A stretch of DNA of 63,847 nucleotides, filler included, from Folioceros fuciformis (Eukaryota): the NCBI GenBank assembly GCA_049999805.1. It is 3 parts of 2 records of this genome, joined end to end, with 100 filler letters (N's around TTAATTAATTAA, not from the genome) between each part and the next. Parts side by side here need not be neighbours in the genome. Positions count along the whole stretch, not along the records: positions 20,765 to 37,976 come from JBNGIO010006101.1; 2 more parts are not named here. One strand, 5' to 3'. Every line of letters begins with the position of its first letter. The stretch's first letter is position 1. The notes beneath the pieces are model-generated. The model was given only the letters and a program-made list of their open reading frames with translations. It did no database searches and had not been told where the DNA came from. A program made the translations under genes and the position numbers. Below, piece by piece: positions 22,960 through 36,218 of this stretch.

Positions 22960-23780
22960 AGCAAAGGCAAGGGTCAGTAATTAAACACCCAATAACTAAA
23001 CACCTGACACAGCACTAAGGCGAGGGTCAAGGGTCAGTAATTAAACACCTGACACAGCACTAAGGCGAGGGTCAAGGGTCAATAATTAAACACTTGACAC
23101 AGCACTAAGGCGAGGGTCAAGGGTCAGTAATTAAACACCTGACACAGCACTAACGCAAGGGTCAAGGGTCAATAATTAAATACCTGGGTCAGTAATTAAA
23201 CACCTGACACAGCACTAAGGCGAGGGTCAAGGGTCAATAATTAAATACCTGGATCAGTAATTAAACACCTGACACAGCACTAAGGCGAGGGTCAAGGGTT
23301 AGTAATTAAACACCTGACACAGCACTAAGGCAGAGGGTCAAGGGTTATGAATTAAACACCTGACACAGCACTAGGCCTCCAAGAAGCAAAGGCAAGGGTC
23401 AGTAATTAACCTCCAAGAAGCAAAGGCAAGGGTCAGTAATTAACCTCCAAGAAGCAAAGGCAAGGGTCAGTAATTAAGCACTTGACACAGCGCTAGGCCT
23501 CTAAGAAGCAAAGGCAAGGGTCAGTAATTAACCTCCAAGAAGCAAAGGCAAGGGTCAGTAATTAAACACCTGACACAGCACTAGGCCTCCAAGTAGCCTG
23601 CCTTCTTCTTCTAAGGGGACCCTACGCCTCCAAGTAGCCTGCTCTCTTCTTCTAAGAGGACCCTACACCTGACACAGCACTAGGCCTCCAAGTAGCCTGC
23701 CCTCTTCTTCTAAGAGGACCCTACACCTGACACAGCACTAGGCCTCCAAGTAGCCTGCCCTCCTCTTCTAAGAGGACCAT
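22960..23780. repeat. Tandem repeat expansion inside the 3' LTR of element 2 (AATTAAACACCTGACACAGCACTAAGGCGAGGGTCAAGGGTCAGT and related units)
   Basis: More than 15 related units of ~30-60 bp. Confidence 0.9.
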
Positions 23781-24289
23781 TGCTACTGTTCTTTATTTAA
23801 ACCACGAACTGCTGTTCTTTATTTAAACCAAAAGCATGAGTCAACAAGAATATATAAAGCTGGAGGGCTAGAGAGAACTCCCCATCTTTGCCTAAGCTAG
23901 TAACTTAGTTCTCCCTTCTCTTGACCTCCTCCCACAACTCCTTCATAGCACACCTCTCATGTGCTCACAGCCCAAGCAATACATGCTCTCAAGGCGTCGC
24001 CTAAGCACCCAGTGCTCTCAAGGCTTTGAGGAGATACTCAACTCAACTGTTTTGAACTGTTCTCAACCCTTGGCTAGGTCCCCTTTTATACACAAGCTCT
24101 AGTCACTAACTTAGCAACTACTTACTTAAGCCTTAAGCTATTATTCACTACCACACACTTTTCCTAGGGCTGCATGCTTCTCATGCTCTTAGTAACTTGC
24201 CTCTGCTAAACATGCCTTTGCATGGAGCTTACTTGCTTGGCACTCAAACCAACGTTGTTACTTCCTCCCCCACTAGAAAAGAATCACTG

Positions 24290-27134
24290 CCCTTAGTGAT
24301 AACCAATGTAACGAGCAATCATCCAGGAGCCTTTCTAGATATCCTCTAGTGTTACCCAAACTGGTGTTGAGATCCCACACAACTTTACCATGTACTGTGG
24401 TAGAGTTCTATGTCTCGTAGCCATGCTCCCTTCTGCAAGGAATTCCTCAATCTCTCACAGTCTTTGATCATGCTGCACCAGGATACTATACTTCTTTCTA
24501 TCCATGTCCTCTTTCTCTTTGCCTAGCACAAATGGTTTCAACATAGATACATGAAACACATTGTGTGCAAAAATCCAGTCACGCAAGTCTAACTTGTAAG
24601 CCACTTCTCCAATGCACTTCAAGACAACATATGGACCTCCATACTTTGGTCTCAACTTTAAAGACAATCCTTGGGGTAGTGTGAAATGCTTCAGTTTCAC
24701 CCAAACCTTATCCCCATCATTGAAGACAGTTTCTCTCCTGTGCTTATCAGCATATCTCTTTTGGCGTGCTTGAGCCTTGGCTAATATCTTTTGGGCAACC
24801 TCATGCCTAGCCTTCAACTTCTCAATAAATTGACGTGGATTTCGGTGGTAGTCTTGAAAACTTCAGCATTTAGCGTGGATACCACATCCAAAGCTGAATT
24901 TCCACTCATCTCAAAGGGACTACATCCCAAGGAGTTATGTACTGTGTTATTGCAACAAAACTCCGCATCATCAAGATGATCAGCCCAATCTCTTTGATCA
25001 ATCTGCACATAGTGCCTCAAATATTCTTCTTGGATTCAGTTGACTCGCTCAGTTAATCCATCAGCATCTGGATGGTATGCAGTACTCATGCATAACTGCA
25101 CATTCAAACTCTTCATCAAGTGCTGCTAGAGCTCTCCTGCGAATCTTGGATCTCTATCGCTCACCATCTACACGGGCAAGCCATAATACTTGTACACATA
25201 CTTTTTGAACAAGTTTGCTGCCTCAGAAGCGGTCACTCGCTTCTTAGTGGGGATGAAGTGTGCTTGTTAGGTGAATCTATGCACCACTGTAGCTGTAAAT
25301 CCATTACTGGGAGGCAAGGGCATGATGAAGTCCATAGAAATACTTTTCCATGGGCCTCTTGTGATAAGTAGGGGCTGTAATAAACCTCTCGGCTTAGCCT
25401 GCTCAACCTTATTCTACTGACAAACAGCGCATGCCTTGACATAATCCAATGTGTATCTTGATACATTCCTTGCCAGTAGAACAGTTTTCTTAACTTCTCA
25501 TAAGTTGAATCACCTCCACGGTGACCAGCACTTGGCACATCATGACACTCAGCAAGCAATTTCCTCTTTAAGCCTACAGAGTTAGGGATCACAACTCTCT
25601 TCTATTTGTATATCAACAAACCATCTCTGAGTTTGAACTTGCTTCCTTTCTCTGCTACTCCATTCATCCAGTCCTGCACTTCAGGATCTTGTAGATAAGC
25701 TTCTTTTATCTCTTTGTGAGCAACCAAAGGTTCAATCACAATTGCCATTGCTTTCACTTCTTGACCCTGCTTGCGACTCAGCGCATCTGCAACCTTATTC
25801 TCTTTTCCAGGTTTATATCTAAGAGTCACGTCATACATAGCTAGGAAATCTTGCAATCTAGCTTATCTCGCATTCAACTTCAACTGGTTTGAGAAGTAAG
25901 TCGTGCTGATATTATCAGTACATAGCACAAAAGACCTACCCAAGAGATGGTGTCTCCAAGCCTTCAGACAGTGGATGACAGCAGTTATTTCCTTCTCATA
26001 GGTGGGATACTTCCTCTCATAAGGATGCAACTTTCTTCACTCAAAACCTAACAGCTTTTGGTCTTGCATCAAAACTCCACCTATAGCCACATCTGAGGCA
26101 TCACAATACACTTCCACATCTCTCTTGGGGTCATACATTCCCAACACTGGAGTTGTGCTCAACTTCTTCTTCAAGCATTCAAAGACTGTCTGACACCCAG
26201 CATCCCATCTCCAAGCTCTTGCTGTCTTCAAGAGGTCAGTTATGGGGGCTGCTATCTTAGCAAACATATGTACAAACTTTCTGTATACAGAAGCCAAACC
26301 CATAAAACTTCACACCTCATGAATGTTTCGAGGGGGCTGCCAATCTTGAATAGCCTTAACTTTATCAGAATCCATCTTGATGCCCTCGGCAGAGACAATG
26401 AAACCTAAGAATGGAATCTCTATCTTGACAAAATCACACTTCTTGATTGCCAAGAACAAAGAATTCTCTCTTAGTTTCTGTAACACTTTCCTCAAGTGTT
26501 CAACATGTTCCTCCAAGGTATGACTATAGATCAAAATGTCATCCGGATAGATTATAACGTACTTGTCCACCAGATCTATGAATATAGTATTCATTAGAGT
26601 ATGAAATGTGGCAAGTGCATTAGTAAGTCCAAATGGCATGACAAGAAACTCAAAAGAGCCATACCTTGTTCTACATGCTGTTTTGTACTCATGCCCCTCA
26701 GCAATCATGATCTGATAATACCCTGCCATCAGGTCTAGCTTGGTGAAATACCAAGTAAGAGCATATTTGCCTAAGAAATTCATGATGTGCTTCAAGTACT
26801 CGTCTTGCGGCACTCCGCATGATTCCAAGTACGCTTCCAAAGAGAAAAACCAAGAATTGATTTTCTCTACATCACGCTTGCCCTTAAAACTCTTAGGGGC
26901 TGGAACACTCAATCTCAACTTCTTGGCCTTCTTAGGAGGACTGATCTTAGGCTCGGGCTCCACTTCTTCTGGCTCTTCTTCAACGAGCCTCTGTTTGCCT
27001 TTGATCTCTTGATCCAGGGCGTCAAATCTTTTCATGATTTTTTGGAGCTGATCCTCTATGGTGGTGCCGGTCCTCTGCTCCGAAGTTCCTTTCTCCGTTG
27101 TTCTCTCAACTTGAGGATCTGCCTGTAGCTCCAT
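24290..27134 (-). pseudogene. Degenerate gag-pol of element 2 (gag N-half fused directly to RT)
   Basis: PKSFKGKRD..INSW..FLGKYALTW|YFTKLDLMAGYYQ..MPFGLTNA..YPDD; downstream RH, INT and GPY fragments broken by stops. Confidence 0.85.
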
Positions 27135-28057
27135 TCCGAAGTTCCTTCCTATATCGTTCTCTCAACTTGAGGATTTGCCTGTGGCTCCACTCCGAAGTTC
27201 CTTCCTATATCGTTCTCTCAACTTGAGGATTTGCCTGTGGCTCTGCTCCGAAGTTCCTTCCTCTATTGTCCTCTCTTGAGGATTTACCTGTGGCTCTTCC
27301 ATAACTGCTTTAGTAAGTGGGGTCTTATCCTTCTTGTGGCTCTTCCATAATTGCTTTAGTAAGTGGGGTCTTATCCTTCCTGTGGCTCTTCCATAACTAC
27401 TTTAGTAAGTGGGGTCTTATCCTTCCTGTGGCTCTTCCATAACTGCTTTAGTAAGTGGAATCTTATCCTGTGGCTCTTCCATAACTGCTTTGGTAAGTGG
27501 GGTCTTATCTTTTGGTAAGTGGGGTCTTATCCTGTGGCTCTTCCATAACTGCTTTGGTAAGTGGGGTCTTATCCTGTGGCTCTTCCATAACTGCTTTAGT
27601 AAGTAGGGTCTTATCCTTCCTGTGGCTCTTCCATAACTGCTTTAGTAAGTGGGGTCTTATCCTTCCATAACTACTTTAGTAAGTGGGGTCTTATCCTTCC
27701 ATAACTGCTTTAGTAAGTGGGGTCTTATCTTTCCATAACTACTTTAATAAATGGAGCCTTTTCTTCCATAAATGCTTTAGTAAACGGGGTCTTATCCTTC
27801 CATAACTGCTTTAGTAAACGAGGTCTTATCCTTCCATAACTGCTTTACTAAGTGTCCTTCCATAACTGCTTTACTAAGTGTCCTTCCATAACTGCTTTAC
27901 TAAGTGTCCTTCCATAACTGCTTTAGTAAGTGGGGTCTTATCCTTCCATAACTGCTTTAGTAAATAGGGTCTTATCCTTCCTCTCTTCGTAGCTCAGCCA
28001 AGGATGCTTCAACCTACACTCTCTTCGTAGCTCAGCCAAGGATGCTTCAACCTACAT
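27078..28057. repeat. Compound minisatellite in the element-2 5' leader (~56-bp x4; TTCCATAACTGCTTTAGTAAGTGGGGTCTTATCC-type x ~19; 38-bp x2)
   Basis: Direct reading between the PBS and gag. Confidence 0.9.
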
Positions 28058-28717
28058 ACTAGTCAAAAATGCCATGCTCTGATACCAACAAGTAACACCC
28101 CTTCAATGGGGTGGTACTGCGGGATAGAACCACGGCCATAGGCTTCTTAGTAGCCCGCCCTCCTCGGACTCGCAGCCAGCACCCTCCTCGGACTCGCAGC
28201 CAGCACGCTCCTCGGACTCGAGGCCAGCACCCTTGCTGCTGCTCTTTATTTGCTCTTTATTTAAACCACCAACAAGAACATTCAGAGCTAGAGAGAGCTC
28301 CCTATCCGTACCTAAGCTAGGAACTTAGTTCTCTTCTCTTGACCTCCTCCCAAGGCACGTCTCATGTGCTCAACATGCTCTCAAGGTGTCGCCCAAGCAC
28401 CCAGTGCGAGCACTCAAGGGACCTGAACTGTCCTTAGCCCTTGGCTAAGTGCGAGCACTCAAGGGACCGAACTGTCCCCTTTTATAGACATACTACTTCA
28501 GACTATCTACGTGACTGTACCATTCCCACATTCCAGAACGCCGACAGGTTGAGAGGTAGACGTGCAGAAGGACTCCAGGCCGGGCATTAGTGACCCCTAA
28601 CTAAACAGGGCTCGCTCTCAAATACCCTGAATTCAAAACGTGGATGCCGTCTTCTATGTGCACCTCCCCGTTCCGCATTTCCGAAATCAATTCCGCTGCC
28701 ACACCAAACGCGTTTGG

Positions 28718-31700
28718 TCATTCAAGACGTTCAGTATTCAGATACGCCCCTTCACCAGTCCCCACACAAAGCGACGACGGTGGAATCGCACCTTTTTCGC
28801 CTTGACCACTGTCACCCTTTGAAGACTTTCGACTAGAAACACCCCCTTTGCTGGAACCAGATGTTCCTCCTCCCCTGCTTGAGGCAGAACCCGATCTCCG
28901 ATCCCTATTCTTATGAAAAAAGTTTTTCGTATCAAACCAAGGCTTCTCTCGAACAGGTATCAGCTTCCCCAAGAATCCAATTGGTAGGCTGCACAAGCAA
29001 ATGATGAAAACAAGACCGTTCAGTTCACGCAAGCTGGTGCGAGGAAGGCCCAAAAGCTGCACACAAACTCTTGGTATGTTCTTGGTACCTGACAGCTCCG
29101 AGCGCTACACATATTACCCACTCACTCCATGTAAGCTTGGAGGTAGTTGCAAACTTACCCAGGAACTGCACTAATACGACCTGTCGACCCACAGCACGCT
29201 TGAATTAGGCGAAATGACAGCGTTCTCTTAGTTGAGAGTAAGTCACTGACCTGGAACACGACGCTGACAGCGATAACGCCCATAAAGATACGATTCTTCA
29301 AGATACCCGCAAACACATTGAAGTTCACAGGATGCCTTGCATTGAACTCGTTGAAAATCTGGTGGCAACAGATCGTGAACACGAGGGGCAAAATATCAGA
29401 TTGACTTTAACGAGTATTCGGCTCCCTTCCCCCTTGCTCAGTAGAGGAAACATCACCTGGCAGAACACGAAAGTGTTGAAGATTATAGTATTGTTCTTTT
29501 TGTTGAGACCGTTCACTCTGTATTTTTTATTGTTAAAAAGGTCCTCTCCTGAGAAGTTAAAAGTCAAGAGAAGGGTAACTTGGTAGATGGACTGTGCGAT
29601 CAGATTCCTCCACATGACATTAGTGATTAAAGGTTCTCTGCAAAGCAAGGTCTTCTGCATCAGCTTTACCAAAATGTAACAGCTTGCTGAGTAATCTGGA
29701 AAGTAAATTCTGCTAAAAACGGTTACGTACGATCGGCCAACAGGTTTGCGCTGCATAAGGTCATCAGTGGGACGTTCAGTTGCAAGCGCTAGTGCCCCCA
29801 GGGTGTCCATTATAAGATTAACCCACAACAACTGTACAACAACGAACAGCTATGTCAGACATTCCACAAGGCACATCGAGATACATGGGGTCCAATTGGA
29901 ACTTGTTGCTACAAACAAGAGTTTCACCTGAACAGAAGTCAAAGGTACGTGATTTGATGTGCAAGCTGCCACAAAGTTGATCACTAGTGCAGTGACATTG
30001 ACTGTCAGCTGGAATTGAATGAACTTTTGGATGTTTGCATACACAGACCGGCCCCACTTCACCACCTGAAAAAAGAAAAAAATCCTTTGTACGAACTTGG
30101 GCCTATTCAACACAAGTACTGTGCACGAGAACCGCCAGACACGGTTTCCATACCTTGACAACCGATGTGAAATTATCATCTAGAATAATGATATCTGAAG
30201 CCTCTTTTGCAACTTCCGTCCCTGAAATTCCCATGGACAGCCCGATGTCGGCCTGCAAAACAACATCATCCTCTTCATACTTACACCAACCAGGCCACAA
30301 CAATCAAATTTGTCGTCCGCCACAACATGATACATTCTATCTGGAAAAAGATCCTTGTACCTGGTGAAGTGCAGGAGCATCATTTGTCCCATCCCCAGTT
30401 ACAGCCACAACACTATGGGCGCTCTCTTCCTTCAATTTTGTAACCAGCAGCAGCTTGTCTGTCGGAGAAGACCTTGCCATGACCTGACATCCCGATATTG
30501 TCCCGATCAGAATGACCACACTAGCAAGTCAGCATATATCCTCTTCCATCCTGAATCGAAGGCATAACAGGCACACGAATTGAGACATCACAACTATCTG
30601 CACACACTTCCACAAACGAACTCACTTCAAGGTCAGGCAAGATTCGCTTGAATTCCTCTTCAGTAAAGTTCCGAAAATCCCGTCCTTCTACAACTCTGCC
30701 ACTTGGGGTAAGGATCCCACACTCCTCCGCGATAGCTTTGGCTGTGACAACATTGTCACCTGTCACCATACGCACCTGCATACACACAACATTTGTAAGA
30801 TTTTATAACAGTGGTGCTGGGGCAAGGGATAATGACTACAGGGAGAACATCATATCCCTCAGCAGCCTTTTGAGCATCAGATAGTTCTATAGCAGCAGGG
30901 TCCGGATACCTTCACACCAGCGGCCTGACACAAAGCAACTGCTTCACGTACACCCGGGCGGCAGGGGTCCTGCACAGGTTGCCATGCAAATTGTGAGCCG
31001 ATACCAGCAAAAAGAACTGGTACTGAGGGTTCTTTATCCCATACTCGGGAAATACCTTAATCCCAACCACGACCAAAAAAGTGAAATTATCATCAGGTAT
31101 TCTCCAAGATTCCAGGTCATCGCCGCAAGGTACCAAGGCAGGATCCAGATCCCGATAGGCAAATGCAACACATCTCAAGCCAGAAGCTGCCATACCATCA
31201 ATAGCATTCTGAATCTCGATAACCTGCTCCATCAACACAGTTTGACTGCTTGTCAAATGACCGAATGTGACAACAACCAAAAACCAAACTTAAACATCTT
31301 TGCCATTGATGTGTAACCTTTTCAGATGTGAGTTGACGTACAGATCCTTGGTCATCCAACCACTCTTTACTTTCATTCAAAATTATCTCAGCTGCTCCCT
31401 TCCAGAAGACCCGGACAAGGCCACTTTCGAGCTACAAACAGCAAACATACGATCAGCGCAAGTTTCCCAACGACCTAACAAAAGCCCCATTAACAGACTA
31501 CATCCAGAAACTGAAAAACAGATCAGAACACTTACTTTGGCAGCAACTCCCGCTCGCTTTTTAGCTGAACTGAATGTCTCAACCTGCAAGATGGTTGACC
31601 TTGAACGAATCTCACTGAAGTTCATTCCAATCTGAATCAACCAATAATTGAAAACGATAAGCAACCACCTTCTGATCAGCAGAATTCAGACAAAATAAAC

Positions 31701-34700
31701 ATCTGACCAACAACATTCAGACAAGGTCGCATGACACACCTTCAGACCCCAAGATAAACAGGCAGCCTCGGTTGGACTACCTGACACCTCCGCCTCTGTG
31801 GATCCCTGATTGCAAATGATTGGTTCAGCCCGACAGACAATCACTGTGAGTTGCCAAGACCAGTGCAGCTTACTTTTGCGAGCCCCTACCTCAGGGAAAA
31901 AGATATCGCCCACTGTATTTAGAGCAATGCCATCCACAACTGCATTGAACACTTCTGGCTTTAAGGACTTCACTTGATCAAACTCTCTCAAGACACCAGC
32001 AACCCAACATTTCACAACTGTCATCTGCCATTAATCACATATCCAGCACTAAATTAAAACAGGACATTGAGGTAGTCCGGGCGACCACAAGCATTTACAT
32101 GAAACCACACTAATCAAATACCCCACAACTCACCAACCAAATACCCTCTGGCAAAGACCACAAAAGACGTGAAACGAATTTATAACTGGGTTACAGAAGA
32201 TCAACACCTGATTCAGTGTTAAGGTGCCAGTCTTGTCACTGCAGATTGTGGTGGCGGAACCCATGGTTTCACAAGCAGCAAGCTTTCGTACCTAAGAATC
32301 GCAGAAGAAAGTTAACAGACAGCAACATTATCAAATTCCAATTACAAGCCTCAAAGACAACACCTACAGCTTACCAGAGATTTATCAGCCATCATCTTCC
32401 GCATTGAATATGCGAGACTATAAGAACAAAAAAGGTTGAATGAGTCAAGGTGTCAAACAACTGTACTAAGAAAGCAACCCAATATCAACCCCAAGAACGG
32501 CACACGCACGTAAGAGTAACAGCGAGTGGAAGCCCTTCCGGTACAGCTACCACCACAATGGTCACCTAGACAGCACAAGGAGCAATAGTATGGTTAACCA
32601 AATGGCAACAACAAGAACCATTCTGGATGGAATAAGATACAACACCATTCACAAGGATAGATTTAAGGTTGATAATCACACTTACAGCAATTGTGAAGAT
32701 GTCAACAACATTAGTGATCACGAAGGAGGTTCCTCGCTGCTTGTCATCCTTGAATTCAAGCACAAAGTATCTGGGAAGCATTACCAATCCGGTTTAGCAA
32801 CAGAAAAATCACAAATGAAAAACATAATGAAAACCATGACGTAGGAAGGAAAGAATACCTGATCAAAGAAATGATCAATACAAGAACTGCAACAGTCAGG
32901 CCAATTTGACCTATGAACGTTGCTGCTCCATTGAGACGAACCTGTAAATATGCGGACAATTGAGTCGGAGAGCTTGGTAATGCACATGTGCACAAACCAC
33001 TATTCCCAAATACTAGACTGCCACGAGGTCAAAAAAATCAATCACCATAGAGATGGCAAACCATCAAGAGCATAGTCAACTGGCTACTAACCTGCAAAGG
33101 AGTCTCTTCTCCATTATCTTCACTTAGAGTAGCCATGACCTGCCCCCACTCTGTGTTCATACCCACTCCAGTAACCTGTCAATCAGAAACTGAAACTCTT
33201 TGAGAGGTGACGTCATCAGCACATCCTTGTGCATGATGATGAGGTTAACCCTCCCCAAACAGCAGAGAGTAGTTCATCTGACACACCATCATCATTCCAT
33301 GGCCGTCGACACATTTGCAACCTCCCATGAAGAAAGGGTGTTTTACATCCTTGTGCACCTACAGAACAGATTACCAACATTAGCTCTGCACAAATACTAC
33401 GATCATGTTACAATCGCCTTCGATACCCAAACTAGCAGTAAGCATGAACACTGGCAGTCACTCCTGTATACAAAACCATCGAGGCAAGCAAGGCCTTACA
33501 GGAACTCACTGGATCGCTTTCTCCAGTCATGCTCGACTCATCTATAGTAAGAGAGTGACCGGATACAAAAAGTCCATCTGCTGGAATCTGAAGCGATGGA
33601 TCTCTAAAAGAAGTTAGAAGGGCACAAACTTTCCTTGACTAAAAGTCGGTAAATAAAATGGAGCAGTGGGCAATAAACCTGGTCCCCAATGTTCAGTGCA
33701 ACAATGTCACCGACCACTATATTGAATATGGAGATTTTACTTCTGCGCCCACCTCTTACAACCTGAAACAAACATAAACTGGCTGGGTCAATGAGTCATT
33801 TCAGGAGCAGTCCCTGCTGAAGCAAGAGCCAGCTATGACCTGGACCAATACATACCTGGATGAGAATATTCTCCTTCTCGTGATTAAGACTTCGGAATTG
33901 CAAAGATTGCTTGTAATCACTCAGGGCTGTGAGACATCCGCGAATAGCTCAGCAATGACTTGCAAACCAAGGCAATATTTAAAAAAAATGCGGGTCAGTA
34001 TGCTTCCGTCCTCTGGCCTCCTAGTGCACATTTATTCTGAAAGCACGATACATCGCAGCTAAACAGCTCATACCTGTAACGAAAATAACCAAGAGAACGG
34101 CAAAACCAATTGCTGTACCATCGTACCAGCCTTCACTTGGGCCCTGGACCCCACGGAACAGAGAGTTACGAGCTTGCAATGCACACACATGCTATTCACA
34201 TACATCTATGTCTGTAGACGGTAGGCAGCAATAGGGGAGCCCGTGAAACCATCAGTACGGATTGATTAGACAAGAGCTGCACACAGGTTGCGAGAGATTA
34301 CATCTGCTTTCATTCCAGATGCCAATGCTACAGCCGCACACACCATAAGAATGATGAGTGTGGTGTCCTGGCAGGCATCCCAGACGAAACTCTGCAAAAC
34401 AAACAACCAAGAGAGCCTTGAGTATGAAGTCAAGAGAGTGCTCGGAAGCATCCAGATACCAGGAGTCCATCTTACCAGAAAGCCCTTAGGCTTCTTCTTG
34501 GCGAACTTGTTTTCACCAAAGCCATCCAACCTTTTCTGAATGCCTTGTGGATCGTCAAGAATGCCGTGCTCCAAATCTGTGCGCAAAGCTTTTGCAATTC
34601 CAGCAATCTGCACCCAAAGTAACATTCTCCTCAGCCACAACAGCAAGAAACAACCAATTCCACAATGGCAGATGTCGGAAAGAAGAACGGTACCCCTCCG

Positions 34701-35532
34701 AGGCCATGGTATCTGTCGATATCCGTGTTCTGCACGAGACCCCTGAGATTGTCGGGCCCAAGATCGAAACCTGGCGGGTGAGACCGAACTGCATACAGCA
34801 GAAGGACAAGGGGACAGCAGCAACAACAACAACAACGTGAGGCAGCTGCTGAACTCAGCGTCACAGCACACACCAGCTGGCTGAGGCCGAAGGGGACGTA
34901 CATCTACCCTCCCTGGCTCTCGCACCCGCTGCCCTGAAACGCCTGACAGCCTGCCACGCAAGTGCAAGGAAACCGAAGATCAAGAGGGCGAATCAGGAAA
35001 ATAGATTTGGCAGCTGTATAAAAAAAACCCGCATAACCGTGTCCAGATAAACCGGGAAACCCATATTTTAAAGCGCGCGTACCCGTAGCACATGAGCACC
35101 AGTCCTGAACTTGCTGAGCTGCCGTTTGAGCGAGGCGCTAGGAATGTCTTCCTCACTGCGGACGATCCTGAGCATCTCTCGGGCCTTCTCCTCACGCGAC
35201 GCTTTCAAATCCAGGGTGTAACGAAACCTGCGAGCGGCATTGAGTGCAAGAGTCGCTTGCTGCAAATCACGAAAGACAGATCAGAAGCTGCGGTTCCCAG
35301 ATCGGACCCTGGGACGCAGAAAAACCCGCAGCTGACATGGCGGCAAACATGCTGCTCTACTGCACACAGAATCTCGTACCCGCCATCGCTTGAGACTTTC
35401 AACAGTGGGCTTGGGTGGTATTATGAACACGTCGTCATCTTCTTCCTCTTCCTCCAATCCTTCAAATTCCACCTTGTGAGCTCCGGCCGCCGGGTGCTTG
35501 TCATTGGCTTCGGCACCGTTCAGGTCATTCAT
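28718..35532 (-). CDS. ACA: Autoinhibited P2B Ca2+-ATPase, plasma-membrane ACA8/9/10-type, roughly 30 exons
   Basis: N-terminal CaM-binding [104 protein letters not shown]. Confidence 0.95.
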
Positions 35533-36218
35533 GATGAGGCGGGCTCCGATTCTAGCCCCGGCTCATTCCCTGCCCCCGTGCCGCAACCCGTCCTCGCCAC
35601 CAATTTCCAGTCTAGCACCCGAGCACCACCTCAACCTCGGGCACTCGTCGTAAACGCCGGAGGCCTGGACATGGCATGAGGACTTCAATACAGGATACCG
35701 ACCTGCATCGCTACAAGAAACCAGCTCCGAACACTCCGCAAAGTAACAAACCCCTCTTTCCCTGCTGCTGCTGCCGCTCACCCCGCAACAAGATTGCGGT
35801 CCTCTCCGTCACACAGGCTCCCGCATAAGCAAGTATTGGCCTCCCAGGCTGCTCTCCTCTAGCGCCAGCCTTCAATTCTGCAACCGGAAAGAGCATGTAA
35901 CCGTGAACAGCGCTCACCACGGTGTCTGTGCAAGATCATCAAAACCTTAGCGCGGCTGAGCCTCCAAGATAGCCGTAGAAGGAACTACTGGTGATAAGTC
36001 GACAGGCACGGTGGTGGGATCCGGTACAGTACTCGATTACATCGCCCCGTACTATGGTGGGTGAAATTGTTTTTAGCCTGGAATATATGTACATACATAC
36101 AGTTACATATACTGTACTTAGGGTGTAAGTAGTTTCCTTCGCCGGACGTTTGTGGAGAGAGTCTACGTCCCAATTCCTCTTGAGCCATAGGGCTGTGCGG
36201 CGTGCCCAACCATGTATA

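Larger units (their letters stand above)
22889..28490 (-). mobile_element. Ty3/gypsy chromovirus-like LTR retrotransposon (element 2), internally deleted and degenerate; 3' LTR 22889-24262, truncated 5' LTR 28091 to ~28490
   Basis: PBS TGGTATCAGAGC at 28076-28087, PPT AGTGGGGGAGGA at 24263-24274, gag/RT/RH/INT/chromo fragments similar to element 1 with many stops and frameshifts; LTR segments 23780-24095 and 28235-28490 align. Confidence 0.9.

Noticed and set aside
27290-27980. CRISPR-like look of the regularly repeated ~30-45 bp units (also 19651-19905 and 22960-23780)
   Set aside because: Units are adjacent with no unique spacers, there are no cas genes, and the context is eukaryotic; these are minisatellites
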